The notes under the pieces were generated by a model. It saw only the letters and a list, made by a program, of their open reading frames with translations. It was not told the origin of the DNA and ran no database searches. From positions 1 through 62,931 of the IMG/VR virus record IMGVR_UViG_3300017782_000013: DNA of 62,931 nt. One strand, 5' to 3'. The stretch is from a virus. Taxonomy: Duplodnaviria; Caudoviricetes. Shown here one piece after another: positions 26,258-35,167 of this stretch; positions within the stretch are counted from its first letter, which is position 1; every line of letters begins with the position of its first letter. Both the position numbers and the translations under genes were made by a program.

Positions 26258-26714
26258 GAAATGTTCTCGGTGTAACAAAGTAAAGAAGGTAGCAGAGTTT
26301 CATAAACATGGCATACGTTATAGAAAACAAAGATATAGACCTATGTGTACTGAGTGTTTTAGAGGTACAGTAGATAAGGTAAAAAGAAGAGAAATACAAA
26401 AAAGGCATTATCAACGCAATAAACAATATTATTTTGATAGAAACTTAAAAAGTAAGAAGAGATACAAGAAAGCTACCCCACCTTGGGTTAATTTTGATAA
26501 AGTAAGAGAAATTTATGCTAAAATGCGACAATTGAACGAGATGTCGAAAGATAAACTTTTGGTGGTAGACCACATCATACCAATAAAAGGTAAAACAGTT
26601 TGCGGACTTCATGTGCATTATAATTTACAAATCGTTACAGAAACATATAATAAACAAAAGGGGAGTATCTATGACCCCGTTTTATACCCCGAACAAGGAT
26701 TAGACAATGATTGA
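26223..26714 (+). CDS. HNH endonuclease with an N-terminal Zn finger
   Basis: CSRC...CTEC; ATPPW; VDHIIPIKGKTVCGLHV..NLQ...N..K; ATG 26223 after GAGGAGG. Confidence 0.85.
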   Translation: MISTLGKPLTIKKCSRCNKVKKVAEFHKHGIRYRKQRYRPMCTECFRGTVDKVKRREIQKRHYQRNKQYYFDRNLKSKKRYKKATPPWVNFDKVREIYAKMRQLNEMSKDKLLVVDHIIPIKGKTVCGLHVHYNLQIVTETYNKQKGSIYDPVLYPEQGLDND

Positions 26715-29127
26715 CAAAGGTATTTATCAAACGTCTGAAGCCACTGCTCCAATAAAAGAAGCTAATGAAGATGTCCAAGTAGAAATAGTTGCGGACGATA
26801 TTGAAGATGCCGTTGAAATGGCAGATGCAGTTTTAGACAGTTTTAAAAAGAATGATTTTTCTAAGAATTTAGCTGAAACAATTGACGACGATACTTTAGA
26901 CCATCTTAGTATAGAGTTAATGAGTTCTTATGAAGGAGACTTAAATTCACGCTCAGAGTGGGAAAAGACTTATAAAGACGGTCTTGAACTACTAGGATTA
27001 AAGTTTGAAGAACGTACAGAGCCTTGGGATGGAGCTTGTGGTGTATTTCATCCTATACTCACGGAAGCTATTGTAAAATTTCAAGCAGAATCTATAACAG
27101 AGACATTTCCCGCAACAGGCCCAGTAAAGACTCAAATTATTGGTAAAGTTACTGAAGATAAAGAACAAGCGTCGCAACGTATAAAAGAAGATATGAATTA
27201 CAGGCTTATTGAAGAGATGCCTGAGTATAGACAAGAACATGAAAGAATGTTGTGGAATCTTCCCATAGCAGGTAGTGCTTTTAAAAAAGTTTATTTTGAC
27301 CCTTCTTTAGATAGACAGGTGGCTATGTTTATACCTGCTGAAGATTTGGTTGTTTCTTATGGTGCATCAGACCTTTCAATGGCTGAAAGATGTACGCATA
27401 GAATGAGAAAAACAGAAAACGAATTGTTAAAGCTACAATCTTCTAAGTTCTATAGAGATATTGATTTAGATGAACCCGCAAACGAAAGAGATGATTTATT
27501 AAAAGAAAAAGATAAATTAGTCGGAATAGATGGCTCAAAGGACGAGCGTTATACGTTACTGGAGATGCACGTCGAAATAAATATTCCAGAAGCTAAAGAT
27601 GGGGATTTAGCTCTTCCGTATGTCATAACCGTCCTAAAAGATACTGGCGAGATATTGTCAATATATAGAAATTGGGAGGAATCTGATGAAGTTAAGCGAA
27701 AAAGAGAACATTTTGTGCATTATAATTATATTCCTGGTTTTGGATTTTATGGGTTTGGGCTTGTCCACCTTATAGGTTCTCACGCAAAATCAGCTACTTC
27801 CTTACTTAGACAATTAGTAGATGCAGGTACTTTATCTAATTTACCTGGTGGATTAAAAAGTAGAGGGCTAAGAATAAAAGGTGATGAAACACCTATTGCA
27901 CCTGGTGAGTGGCGAGATGTAGATGTGCCTGGCGGTAGTATTAAAGAGAATTTATTACCGTTACCTTATAAAGAACCATCACCTACTTTGTTTAATTTGT
28001 TAAATACGATAGTTGAAGAGGGTAGAAGGTTTGCCGCTGTCAATGAGTTAAAGATAAGCGATAGTTCAGCAAATGCCCCTGTCGGCACTACTTTGGCTTT
28101 ATTAGAAAGAAGTTTAAAGGTTATGTCAGCAGTACAGGCTAGGATTCACGCATCTATGAAAGCGGAGTTCAAACTATTAAAAAACATTATCAGGGATAAC
28201 GGTTCTATAGCGTACCCCTATGAAGTTGACCCATCTAGGATGGTTAAAACAAAAGATTATGAATTTGTAGAAGTTCTACCTGTATCTGACCCTAACGCAA
28301 CTACTTTGTCTCAAAGAGTAGTCCAATATCAGTCTGTGATGCAGTTGGCACAACAAAATCCAGATTTATACGATATGGTAGAGTTAAATAAAGAGGTATT
28401 AAAAGTTCTTGGTTTAAAGAATATTGATAAGTTAGTACCTAGTGCGAAAGAACAAAAACCTGCTGACCCTGTAACAGAGAATATGAATATTCTAATGAGC
28501 AAGCCAGTAAAAGTATTTGCTTACCAAGACCATGAGGCTCATATAACTGCACACTTAAATGCTATGAAAGACCCAAAAATAGCTATGTTGATAGGGCAAA
28601 ATCCAAAAGCATCTTTAATTATGAACGCTTTACACGCTCACGTTGCGGAACATACAGCTTACGCATATAGAAACGAAATAGAGAAATTAGCAGGAGTACC
28701 GTTACCTGACCCAGAGAAGGCGTTGCCAGCAGAGGTCGAGTTTAATCTTGCAGGGGTAATCTCTAAAGCTAGTGATAAATTGTTACAAAAGAACCAAGCT
28801 CAACAGGCTCAACAACAAGCACAGCAGAAAGCTCAAGACCCTGTTCTACAAATACAGAAAGAAGAGCTTGGCTTGAAGTCTAAGGAATTAGATTTGAAGA
28901 AACAAATCCACGAAGATACTATGAACGTGAGAATGATGGAGCAAAACACCAAGAAAGAACTAGAGTCTCAGAGATTAGCTAGTCAGGAAAGAACTGAAGG
29001 AGCTAAACTTGGGGCTAAAATTACGATGGACAATAAGAAAGCTACATTACAACAAGGCTTAGAAGGAGCTAAGTTGGGAGCTAAAATGGTTTCTGAAGGA
29101 ACGAAAGGAAGACAAAGTGGCAATTAA
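26707..29127 (+). CDS. Portal protein
   Basis: 806 aa after TerL; PWDGACGVFHP, GSAFKKVYFD, LVDAGTLSNLPGG, APVGTTLAL; Gln-rich coiled-coil C-terminus. Confidence 0.9.
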   Translation: MIDKGIYQTSEATAPIKEANEDVQVEIVADDIEDAVEMADAVLDSFKKNDFSKNLAETIDDDTLDHLSIELMSSYEGDLNSRSEWEKTYKDGLELLGLKFEERTEPWDGACGVFHPILTEAIVKFQAESITETFPATGPVKTQIIGKVTEDKEQASQRIKEDMNYRLIEEMPEYRQEHERMLWNLPIAGSAFKKVYFDPSLDRQVAMFIPAEDLVVSYGASDLSMAERCTHRMRKTENELLKLQSSKFYRDIDLDEPANERDDLLKEKDKLVGIDGSKDERYTLLEMHVEINIPEAKDGDLALPYVITVLKDTGEILSIYRNWEESDEVKRKREHFVHYNYIPGFGFYGFGLVHLIGSHAKSATSLLRQLVDAGTLSNLPGGLKSRGLRIKGDETPIAPGEWRDVDVPGGSIKENLLPLPYKEPSPTLFNLLNTIVEEGRRFAAVNELKISDSSANAPVGTTLALLERSLKVMSAVQARIHASMKAEFKLLKNIIRDNGSIAYPYEVDPSRMVKTKDYEFVEVLPVSDPNATTLSQRVVQYQSVMQLAQQNPDLYDMVELNKEVLKVLGLKNIDKLVPSAKEQKPADPVTENMNILMSKPVKVFAYQDHEAHITAHLNAMKDPKIAMLIGQNPKASLIMNALHAHVAEHTAYAYRNEIEKLAGVPLPDPEKALPAEVEFNLAGVISKASDKLLQKNQAQQAQQQAQQKAQDPVLQIQKEELGLKSKELDLKKQIHEDTMNVRMMEQNTKKELESQRLASQERTEGAKLGAKITMDNKKATLQQGLEGAKLGAKMVSEGTKGRQSGN

Positions 29128-29287
29128 GAAAAAGACTAAGAAAAAATCAGGTTCTAAACCAACAAACCCAGCTTTGTACGCTAGAGTAAAAGCTGAAGCA
29201 AAGCGTAAGTTCAAGGTATATCCTTCGGCTTACGCTAACGGTTGGTTAGTCAAAACATATAAGTCAAGAGGCGGAGGGTATGCTTAA
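29117..29287 (+). CDS. Small basic protein, DUF5872-like N-terminal part (not in track)
   Basis: GTG start; MAIKKKTKKKSGSKPTNPALYARVKAEAKRKFKVYPSAYANGWLVKTYKSRGGGYA. Confidence 0.8.
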   Translation: MAIKKKTKKKSGSKPTNPALYARVKAEAKRKFKVYPSAYANGWLVKTYKSRGGGYA

Positions 29288-29355
29288 TGGGACTTGTTAT
29301 GTTTTTTATAATTTTTGTAGTGCCTGTTATTTGGGTAGTTTACTATGTCTCTTAA
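29287..29355 (+). CDS. 22-aa hydrophobic micropeptide (not in track)
   Basis: MGLVMFFIIFVVPVIWVVYYVS; TAATG coupling; GGAGG upstream. Confidence 0.4.
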   Translation: MGLVMFFIIFVVPVIWVVYYVS

Positions 29356-29623
29356 AGAATGGTTCGGTAAAGGCTCTAAGGGAGATTGGGTCGATATAGG
29401 TGCTCCTAAAAAAAAGGGAAAATATCAAGCCTGTGGACGCAAATCGACAAAAACGAGCAAACGTGGCTATCCGAAATGTGTGCCAAGAGCAAAAGCCAAT
29501 ACAATGACTTCAGCACAAAAAAAGTCTGCGGTACAAAGAAAAAGAGCCGCTGGAAATCCTGGTGGTAAACCTACTAACGTAGCAACTATTAAAAAGAAAA
29601 GGACTAAAAAACGTGTTTCATAG
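29345..29623 (+). CDS. Small basic protein, DUF5872-like C-terminal part
   Basis: LKEWF...WVDI...CGR...YPKCVP...RKR. Confidence 0.78.
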   Translation: MSLKEWFGKGSKGDWVDIGAPKKKGKYQACGRKSTKTSKRGYPKCVPRAKANTMTSAQKKSAVQRKRAAGNPGGKPTNVATIKKKRTKKRVS

Positions 29624-29822
29624 TTTCGCAGAACATTTTTTAAAATACTTAGAAGAGGAGGAAAACTTAAAAAAAGACGTAGTAATTACGGGTAGTTGTA
29701 AAAATATTGAAGACTACCGCTATTCGGTTGGTTATATGGACGGTATAACTGCTGCTAAACGGGGATTTAAAGACCTGCTTGATAAATTAGATAAGGACGA
29801 AGATGAAAGAAGACCAAGATAA
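29613..29822 (+). CDS. Conserved head-module hypothetical protein
   Basis: G......YR..VG...G pattern; position between portal and GroES-like gene. Confidence 0.7.
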   Translation: MFHSFAEHFLKYLEEEENLKKDVVITGSCKNIEDYRYSVGYMDGITAAKRGFKDLLDKLDKDEDERRPR

Positions 29823-30159
29823 GAAGGCTACTCAATTGCCTAAACCTGTTGGTTATAAAATATTGATTGCGTTACCAGAAGTAGAAGATAAGTATGATTC
29901 TGGGTTAATAAAAGCTGATACAACAAAAAGTACAGAAGAATTGTCAACTATTGTTGGATTTGTTATAGAATTAGGCCCAGACTGTTATAAAGATGAAGCT
30001 AAGTTTCCACAAGGTGCATGGTGTAAAAAAGGAGATTTTGTTTTATTTAGAGCTTATTCGGGCACTAGATTTAAGGTGCATGGTAAGGAGTTTAGATTTA
30101 TAAATGATGATTCTGTAGAAGGAATCGTTGAAGACCCTCGTGGTTATACACGAGCTTAA
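29803..30159 (+). CDS. GroES-like co-chaperonin
   Basis: LPKPVGYKILI...SGLI...VG.VIELGPD...GD.V.F..YSG...INDD. Confidence 0.88.
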   Translation: MKEDQDKKATQLPKPVGYKILIALPEVEDKYDSGLIKADTTKSTEELSTIVGFVIELGPDCYKDEAKFPQGAWCKKGDFVLFRAYSGTRFKVHGKEFRFINDDSVEGIVEDPRGYTRA

Positions 30160-30174
30160 CACTTGGAGAGTGCG

Positions 30175-31134
30175 ATGGAAAATCAAGAAATTCAAAAAGA
30201 AGTACCAATTAGCGAACAACCAGTCGGTATACCAGAAGAAGATACACCAGAAATAGAGGTTGTTGACGATACTCCTAAAGAAGACCAAAACAGAAAAAAG
30301 TTTAAAGGCGACCCAGAACCAACTGAGGACGAATTAAATGAATATTCTGAGGGTGTACAAAAGAGAGTTCAGCAACTAACACACGCAAGACACGACGAAC
30401 GTAGAGAAAAAGAAAGGATAGCTAGAGAGCGTGATGAACTAGCAGCTCTCACAAAAAAGCTATTAGATGAAAAACGACAACTACAACAGAATTATGCTGA
30501 AGGCGAAAAGTATGTTGTTGGTAAATTTAAACAAAATGCTGAACAAAATATAGCTCACGCTAAGAAAATGTATAAAGATGCCCACGAAGCTGGGGATTCT
30601 GAAGCTATGGCTATGGCTCAACAGGCATTAACAACCGCAACTTTGGAACAGAAACAATATGAAAACTTTGTTCCTAGACCTGTTGACAAAGAAGAAACAC
30701 CTGTTATATCATCTGAAGATAAACCTGAAGAACCAGTTAAAGTAAAGCCTGATAAAGATACAATTAATTGGGTAGAAAAAAATGATTGGTGGTTCGGGCC
30801 TGATAAAGACAGACGCATGACAGGTTATGCGTATGGTGTACACGACGAATTAGTCGCAAAAGGCATAGACCCAAGGGTTGAGCCAGAGGTTTACTACACG
30901 GCAATTGACCGTGCTATGAGGGAAACATTCCCTGACAAGTTTGCAGAACGTGGGGGGACAAAACCTTCAAATGCTAAACCACAAAATACCGTAGTAGCTC
31001 CTGTAAAGCGAACAGCTAACGGAAAAGTAAAGGTAACTTTAACTGCAACTCAAGAACGTATTGCTAGAAGATTAGGAATATCTAAAGAGCAATATGCCCG
31101 TGAACTCGTTAAATTGGAGCAAAATAATGGCTAA
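30175..31134 (+). CDS. Capsid scaffolding protein (putative)
   Basis: Acidic coiled coil, W...N.WF, C-terminal LT..Q.RIARRLGIS.EQYA; upstream of the MCP. Confidence 0.75.
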   Translation: MENQEIQKEVPISEQPVGIPEEDTPEIEVVDDTPKEDQNRKKFKGDPEPTEDELNEYSEGVQKRVQQLTHARHDERREKERIARERDELAALTKKLLDEKRQLQQNYAEGEKYVVGKFKQNAEQNIAHAKKMYKDAHEAGDSEAMAMAQQALTTATLEQKQYENFVPRPVDKEETPVISSEDKPEEPVKVKPDKDTINWVEKNDWWFGPDKDRRMTGYAYGVHDELVAKGIDPRVEPEVYYTAIDRAMRETFPDKFAERGGTKPSNAKPQNTVVAPVKRTANGKVKVTLTATQERIARRLGISKEQYARELVKLEQNNG

Positions 31135-31573
31135 TCAAAAGATAAGTCGTGAATTAAACACAAGAGAACAGTCTAAGAGAAACGAACCTTGGAAACCTGC
31201 GAATACCTTACCCGTACCGCAGCCAGAAGATGGATGGACTTTTAGATGGATTAGGAAATCTATTCTCGGAACATCTGACCCTACCAATGTTTCTAAGAAA
31301 CGGAGAGAAGGTTGGGAGTTTTGTAGAGCAGAAGACCATAAGGACTTGTTAATGTCTATTGACCCTGACGCTACGAACTCAGGTCTTATTGAAGTAGGTG
31401 GTTTGATTCTTTGTAAGATTCCAACGGAAATAAAAGAGTCAAGAGATAACTACTACAAAGAGAACAATCGTAAGCAATTAGAGTCTGTGGATAATAATTG
31501 GATGAGAGAAAACGACCCTCGTATGACTAAGTTTTCTGAAAAAAATACGAAGGTTAGTTTTGGAAAAGGTTAA
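31127..31573 (+). CDS. Conserved head-module protein
   Basis: FRWIR...REGWE...IEVGGLILCKIP. Start MANQK after GGAG. Confidence 0.78.
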   Translation: MANQKISRELNTREQSKRNEPWKPANTLPVPQPEDGWTFRWIRKSILGTSDPTNVSKKRREGWEFCRAEDHKDLLMSIDPDATNSGLIEVGGLILCKIPTEIKESRDNYYKENNRKQLESVDNNWMRENDPRMTKFSEKNTKVSFGKG

Positions 31574-31594
31574 TTAAATTTTAGGAGATAGAAA

Positions 31595-32257
31595 ATGGCG
31601 ACAACCGCTTCTTTTTTTGGTTTAAGACCTGTCAATTTGATAGGTGGAAGACCATATAATGGCGGGGCTAGAAGGGAGTACAAAGTTGCTTCCAATAACT
31701 CTGCCGCTATGTTCAATGGCGATATTATAGCTTTAACTAATGCTGGACTGCCTGTGGCTAGGACAGCTACGCCTACTGCTATTAAAATACCCGCAACTGC
31801 TGCTGATGCTGTAGCTGGAGTAATGGGTGTTATGGTGGGTTGTAGGTATATTGATGCCAGTGGACAGTTACAATTTGCTCAGTATTTACCAGCTAATGCA
31901 GTCAACAGTGGGTTTGAGGACGTTCATGTTTTTGTAAATGATGAACCAGACCAAATCTTTAAGGTTGTTGGAAGTGCTGCTTTGGGTACACTTAATAGTG
32001 GAACTAACGGTTCAGGATTCCCTAAAGCAATTGGTAAAAATGCAGCACTAGGTAACTTTAGTTCAGGTAGTACCGCAACAGGTAATTCAGGTGTAAATCT
32101 TGTGGTAGGTTCTAATGGTGGTTCTTTAGCCGTTACTTCTACTTTAGCAATGAGAGTTGTTGATGTAGTTAGAGGCACTGAGGGACACGCTTACCCTGAA
32201 TTTCTTGTTAAATTTAATGTTGGCGTACATTCGTACACTAACTCACTTGGTATTTAA
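31595..32257 (+). CDS. Capsid cement/decoration-like protein
   Basis: FGLRPV...IF-like GD...GV..GC.Y...V.D/E.P..F; Gly/Ala-rich beta protein directly before the MCP. Confidence 0.65.
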   Translation: MATTASFFGLRPVNLIGGRPYNGGARREYKVASNNSAAMFNGDIIALTNAGLPVARTATPTAIKIPATAADAVAGVMGVMVGCRYIDASGQLQFAQYLPANAVNSGFEDVHVFVNDEPDQIFKVVGSAALGTLNSGTNGSGFPKAIGKNAALGNFSSGSTATGNSGVNLVVGSNGGSLAVTSTLAMRVVDVVRGTEGHAYPEFLVKFNVGVHSYTNSLGI

Positions 32258-32268
32258 GGAGACTTTAA

Positions 32269-33177
32269 ATGGCTATTTCAAGAGCACAATTACTTAAAGA
32301 ACTCCTACCTGGCTTAAACGCTTTATATGGTATGGAGTACGCACGTTATGGTGAAGAGCATAAAGAGATATACGAGACAGAAACTTCAGATAGGTCATTT
32401 GAAGAAGAAGTTAAGTTGTCTGGATTCGGTACTGCTCCAACTAAATCAGAAGGTGCAGCTGTAGAATTTGATACAGCACAAGAGGCTTTCACTTCAAGGT
32501 ATACACACGAAACTGTAGCACTCGGCTTTGCGATTACAGAAGAAGCAGTAGAGGACAATCTTTATGATAGTCTTTCAACTCGCTACACAAAATCGTTAGC
32601 TAGAGCTATGGCTTATACTAAACAAGTAAAAGCGGCTTCTACGTTAAATAATGGTTTTGATTCTAACTTTAAAGGCGGTGATGGCAAGGCTTTATTTGCT
32701 ACAGACCACCCACTAGTTAGCGGAGGGACAAACAGCAATCGTTTTGCTACAAATGCAGACTTGAATGAAACATCTCTCGAAGATGCAGTAATTCAAATTG
32801 CAGCTTGGACAGACGAGCGTGGTTTGTTAATCGCAGCTAGACCAAGAAAGTTAATCATACCTCCTGCTCTACAGTTTGTGGCAACACGAATTTTAGAAAC
32901 GGAAAAAAGAGTCGGTACTGCCGATAATGATGTTAACGCCCTTTCTACTAATGGAGCAATTCCAGAAGGGTACACAATTAACCATTATCTAACAGATACA
33001 GATGCTTTCTTTTTAACAACTGACATACCAAACGGATTGAAGCATTTTGTTCGTGCTCCGATGGCTACGTCAATGGACGGTGACTTTGAAACAGGTAACG
33101 TTCGTTACAAGGCTCGTGAGAGATATTCTTTCGGATTCTCTGACCCATTGGGAATGTTTGGCTCACCAGGAGCTTAA
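32269..33177 (+). CDS. Major capsid protein (HK97 fold, Mu gpT-like group)
   Basis: MAISRAQLLKELLPGLNAL...SDRSFEEE...RYTHET.AL...EDNLY...RYKARERYSFG. Confidence 0.92.
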   Translation: MAISRAQLLKELLPGLNALYGMEYARYGEEHKEIYETETSDRSFEEEVKLSGFGTAPTKSEGAAVEFDTAQEAFTSRYTHETVALGFAITEEAVEDNLYDSLSTRYTKSLARAMAYTKQVKAASTLNNGFDSNFKGGDGKALFATDHPLVSGGTNSNRFATNADLNETSLEDAVIQIAAWTDERGLLIAARPRKLIIPPALQFVATRILETEKRVGTADNDVNALSTNGAIPEGYTINHYLTDTDAFFLTTDIPNGLKHFVRAPMATSMDGDFETGNVRYKARERYSFGFSDPLGMFGSPGA

Positions 33178-33184
33178 TCGAGTA

Positions 33185-33201
33185 GGGGGCTTTATGCCCC
33201 C
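33185..33201 (+). terminator. Hairpin after the MCP (weak terminator or mRNA stabiliser)
   Basis: GGGGGC-TTTAT-GCCCCC with an offset T run. Confidence 0.5.
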
Positions 33202-33223
33202 TCACTCATTTTTGGAGATTAAA

Positions 33224-33364
33224 ATGGATTTGTTTTTTAAATTTACAGATTCTTGTATTAAACTTACCAAAGGTATAATTGACGCTAATACAGCAATAGC
33301 AAAAAAAGTGGTAGATTATTCTGAAAAGCCTTACAATTGGTTTAAAGATACAGTTAAAAAATAA
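33224..33364 (+). CDS. 46-aa amphipathic small protein
   Basis: MDLFFKFTDSCIKLTKGIIDANTAIAKKVVDYSEKPYNWFKDTVKK after GGAG. Confidence 0.65.
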   Translation: MDLFFKFTDSCIKLTKGIIDANTAIAKKVVDYSEKPYNWFKDTVKK

Positions 33365-33431
33365 CTAGGGTTAATTAGTCATACATACTGACCTAGCAGA
33401 CATATTAGAGATTGTATGACGAGTGCTAATA
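33365..33431 (+). ncRNA. Candidate structured cis-RNA with three interlocked helices
   Basis: CTAGG/CCTAG, GTCATACA/TGTATGAC and TATTAG/CTAATA in crossing order, ending 3 nt before the GGAG RBS. Confidence 0.5.
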
Positions 33432-33444
33432 CACGGAGATAAAA

Positions 33445-33876
33445 ATGGCATCAACGACATTTTCAGGCCCAATTAAAGCTGGAACAGTTAAAGAAGGGTC
33501 TTCAGTAAACGTAGGTTCAGTAGTAATGGCTCAGTCAGCAGTAATTGATATTATTGGTGCAACCAATAGTGCTACTGTAGCTACAGTACCCGCTAATTCA
33601 CAAATTATAGACGTTATTTTAAACGTATCTACAGTTAGTAATGATGGCGGTGCAGCGACTGTTAAAATCGGTACAGGTACAGATGATGATGAGTTTCTTG
33701 CGGCTACTAACGTAAAGGCTGTAGGGACAACTCGTGGAACTATAGGTGCTGAAGGAACTGACGTAGGTTCTTCTGATTTATCTGTTAGTTATACTTTTAC
33801 TGGGGCAAACGGTAACGGCACAACAGGTGCGGCTACAGTAACAGTCTTATATATTCAGAACAACAACCTTTCATAA
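33445..33876 (+). CDS. Virion structural/decoration protein (MA.TTFSGP family)
   Basis: MASTTFSGPIKAG...VPANSQI.D...G.ATVTV.Y.Q. Confidence 0.72.
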   Translation: MASTTFSGPIKAGTVKEGSSVNVGSVVMAQSAVIDIIGATNSATVATVPANSQIIDVILNVSTVSNDGGAATVKIGTGTDDDEFLAATNVKAVGTTRGTIGAEGTDVGSSDLSVSYTFTGANGNGTTGAATVTVLYIQNNNLS

Positions 33877-33886
33877 GGAGTAGTTC

Positions 33887-34207
33887 ATGGGAGATGTTAA
33901 ATCAGCTAGTAATTCCAGTGGCCTTAATTCAGCAGAAACAGCACAGCTTGTACCTGTAGGGCAAAGAACTAGACTAAGAAGTGTCTTACTTTCTGGGCCT
34001 ACTTGTCAGATAACTTTTTTAAATGGTTCAGCAGGCGGTTCTGGTTCTGTTTTTAATATAATATCTGACTCAAATGGTTCAGGAGGGCCGTTTCAATTAT
34101 CAATACCCGGTGATGGTGTTTTATTTGATAATGGAATAGGACTTTTAGTAAAAAGTGCAGATAGTACCTTTAAAACAGGAAGTGTAACTATTTTCTACGA
34201 AGGGTAA
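33887..34207 (+). CDS. Small beta-rich virion protein
   Basis: RLRSV...IPGDGVLFDNGI...SVTIFY. Confidence 0.72.
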   Translation: MGDVKSASNSSGLNSAETAQLVPVGQRTRLRSVLLSGPTCQITFLNGSAGGSGSVFNIISDSNGSGGPFQLSIPGDGVLFDNGIGLLVKSADSTFKTGSVTIFYEG

Positions 34208-34208
34208 T

Positions 34209-34577
34209 ATGGAAATAATCAACCTTCCCTTAGTAAATGTAGCCTCAAACTCACATTTTTTTAGTGACGATGTAGATAAACCATCTAGGTTTTTTGGGTT
34301 ATTTTTTGAGTTAGATTTAGACTCCAATAATCTTGCAATTGCTTTGCAAACAAATGATGAGTCAAGAACGGAGAGTTCAGGTTCTGCTGTAAATAATTCT
34401 GCTATTTGGTCTTTTACTATTAGTCGGTCACCTGGAGAACTACAAAAGGCTTCTAACCCTATGGTTATAAAGTTTGACTTTCCTATATTTTCATCTAATG
34501 GAACTACTATTGCTTTTACAAAGGGGCAAGCAGACCATGTAATGCCTAATTCAGTAAACATATTTGTGCAAAGATAA
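34209..34577 (+). CDS. Hypothetical protein, possible divergent paralogue of 33887-34207
   Basis: SRFFG...IFSSNG...SVNIFV. Confidence 0.6.
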   Translation: MEIINLPLVNVASNSHFFSDDVDKPSRFFGLFFELDLDSNNLAIALQTNDESRTESSGSAVNNSAIWSFTISRSPGELQKASNPMVIKFDFPIFSSNGTTIAFTKGQADHVMPNSVNIFVQR

Positions 34578-34870
34578 TGGCTACAAAACGTAAAGGTATG
34601 GGAATCAAAACTTCTGTTAAGTCTGGTAATTTTCGTAAAACCAAAAGCGGTGCGGGTATGACTAAAAAAGGTGTAGCCGCATATCGTAGGGCTAATCCTG
34701 GTTCTAAATTAAAAACAGCCGTAACAGGTAAAGTTAAAAAAGGTTCTAAAGACGCAAAAAGACGTAAATCGTTTTGTGCAAGGTCTGCGGGACAAATGAG
34801 ACAATTTCCAAAAGCGGCTAAAGACCCAAACAGTCGTTTACGACAAGCAAGAAGAAGATGGAAATGTTAA
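34577..34870 (+). CDS. Small basic protein, DUF6321-like
   Basis: GMTKKGV..YR..NPGSKLK...RRKSFCAR...SR.....RRWKC. Confidence 0.8.
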   Translation: MATKRKGMGIKTSVKSGNFRKTKSGAGMTKKGVAAYRRANPGSKLKTAVTGKVKKGSKDAKRRKSFCARSAGQMRQFPKAAKDPNSRLRQARRRWKC

Positions 34871-35166
34871 TAGATACGGTTACTGCTTTTCAAGGTGATA
34901 AAATGGAAAAAGAAGATATACAGAGAGTTTTTGGCAAAGATATAAATAGTAAAGTTGCTGTCCAAGGCAACGAGATAAAACATATGCAAAAAGATATGGA
35001 CGAAATGAAGTCAGATATAGAAGAAATTAAAAAGTCTTTGATAGAGATTCATGCTGTATTATCAGAGGCTAAGGGTGGGTGGAAAACACTCATGTGGGCA
35101 GCAGGTGCAGGTAGTGCCGTAACGGCATTTTTAATTATGATTCAACAATTTTTTTGGGGGAAGTAA
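34864..35166 (+). CDS. Coiled-coil protein with a C-terminal TM segment (XhlA-like)
   Basis: Heptads followed by KGGWKTLMWAAGAGSAVTAFLIMI. Start uncertain (34858/34864/34903). Confidence 0.65.
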   Translation: MLIDTVTAFQGDKMEKEDIQRVFGKDINSKVAVQGNEIKHMQKDMDEMKSDIEEIKKSLIEIHAVLSEAKGGWKTLMWAAGAGSAVTAFLIMIQQFFWGK

Positions 35167-35167
35167 A

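Noticed and set aside
29803-30159. Phage GroES without GroEL as a novelty
   Set aside because: Phage co-chaperonins that use host GroEL for capsid folding are established (T4 gp31) and common in aquatic phages
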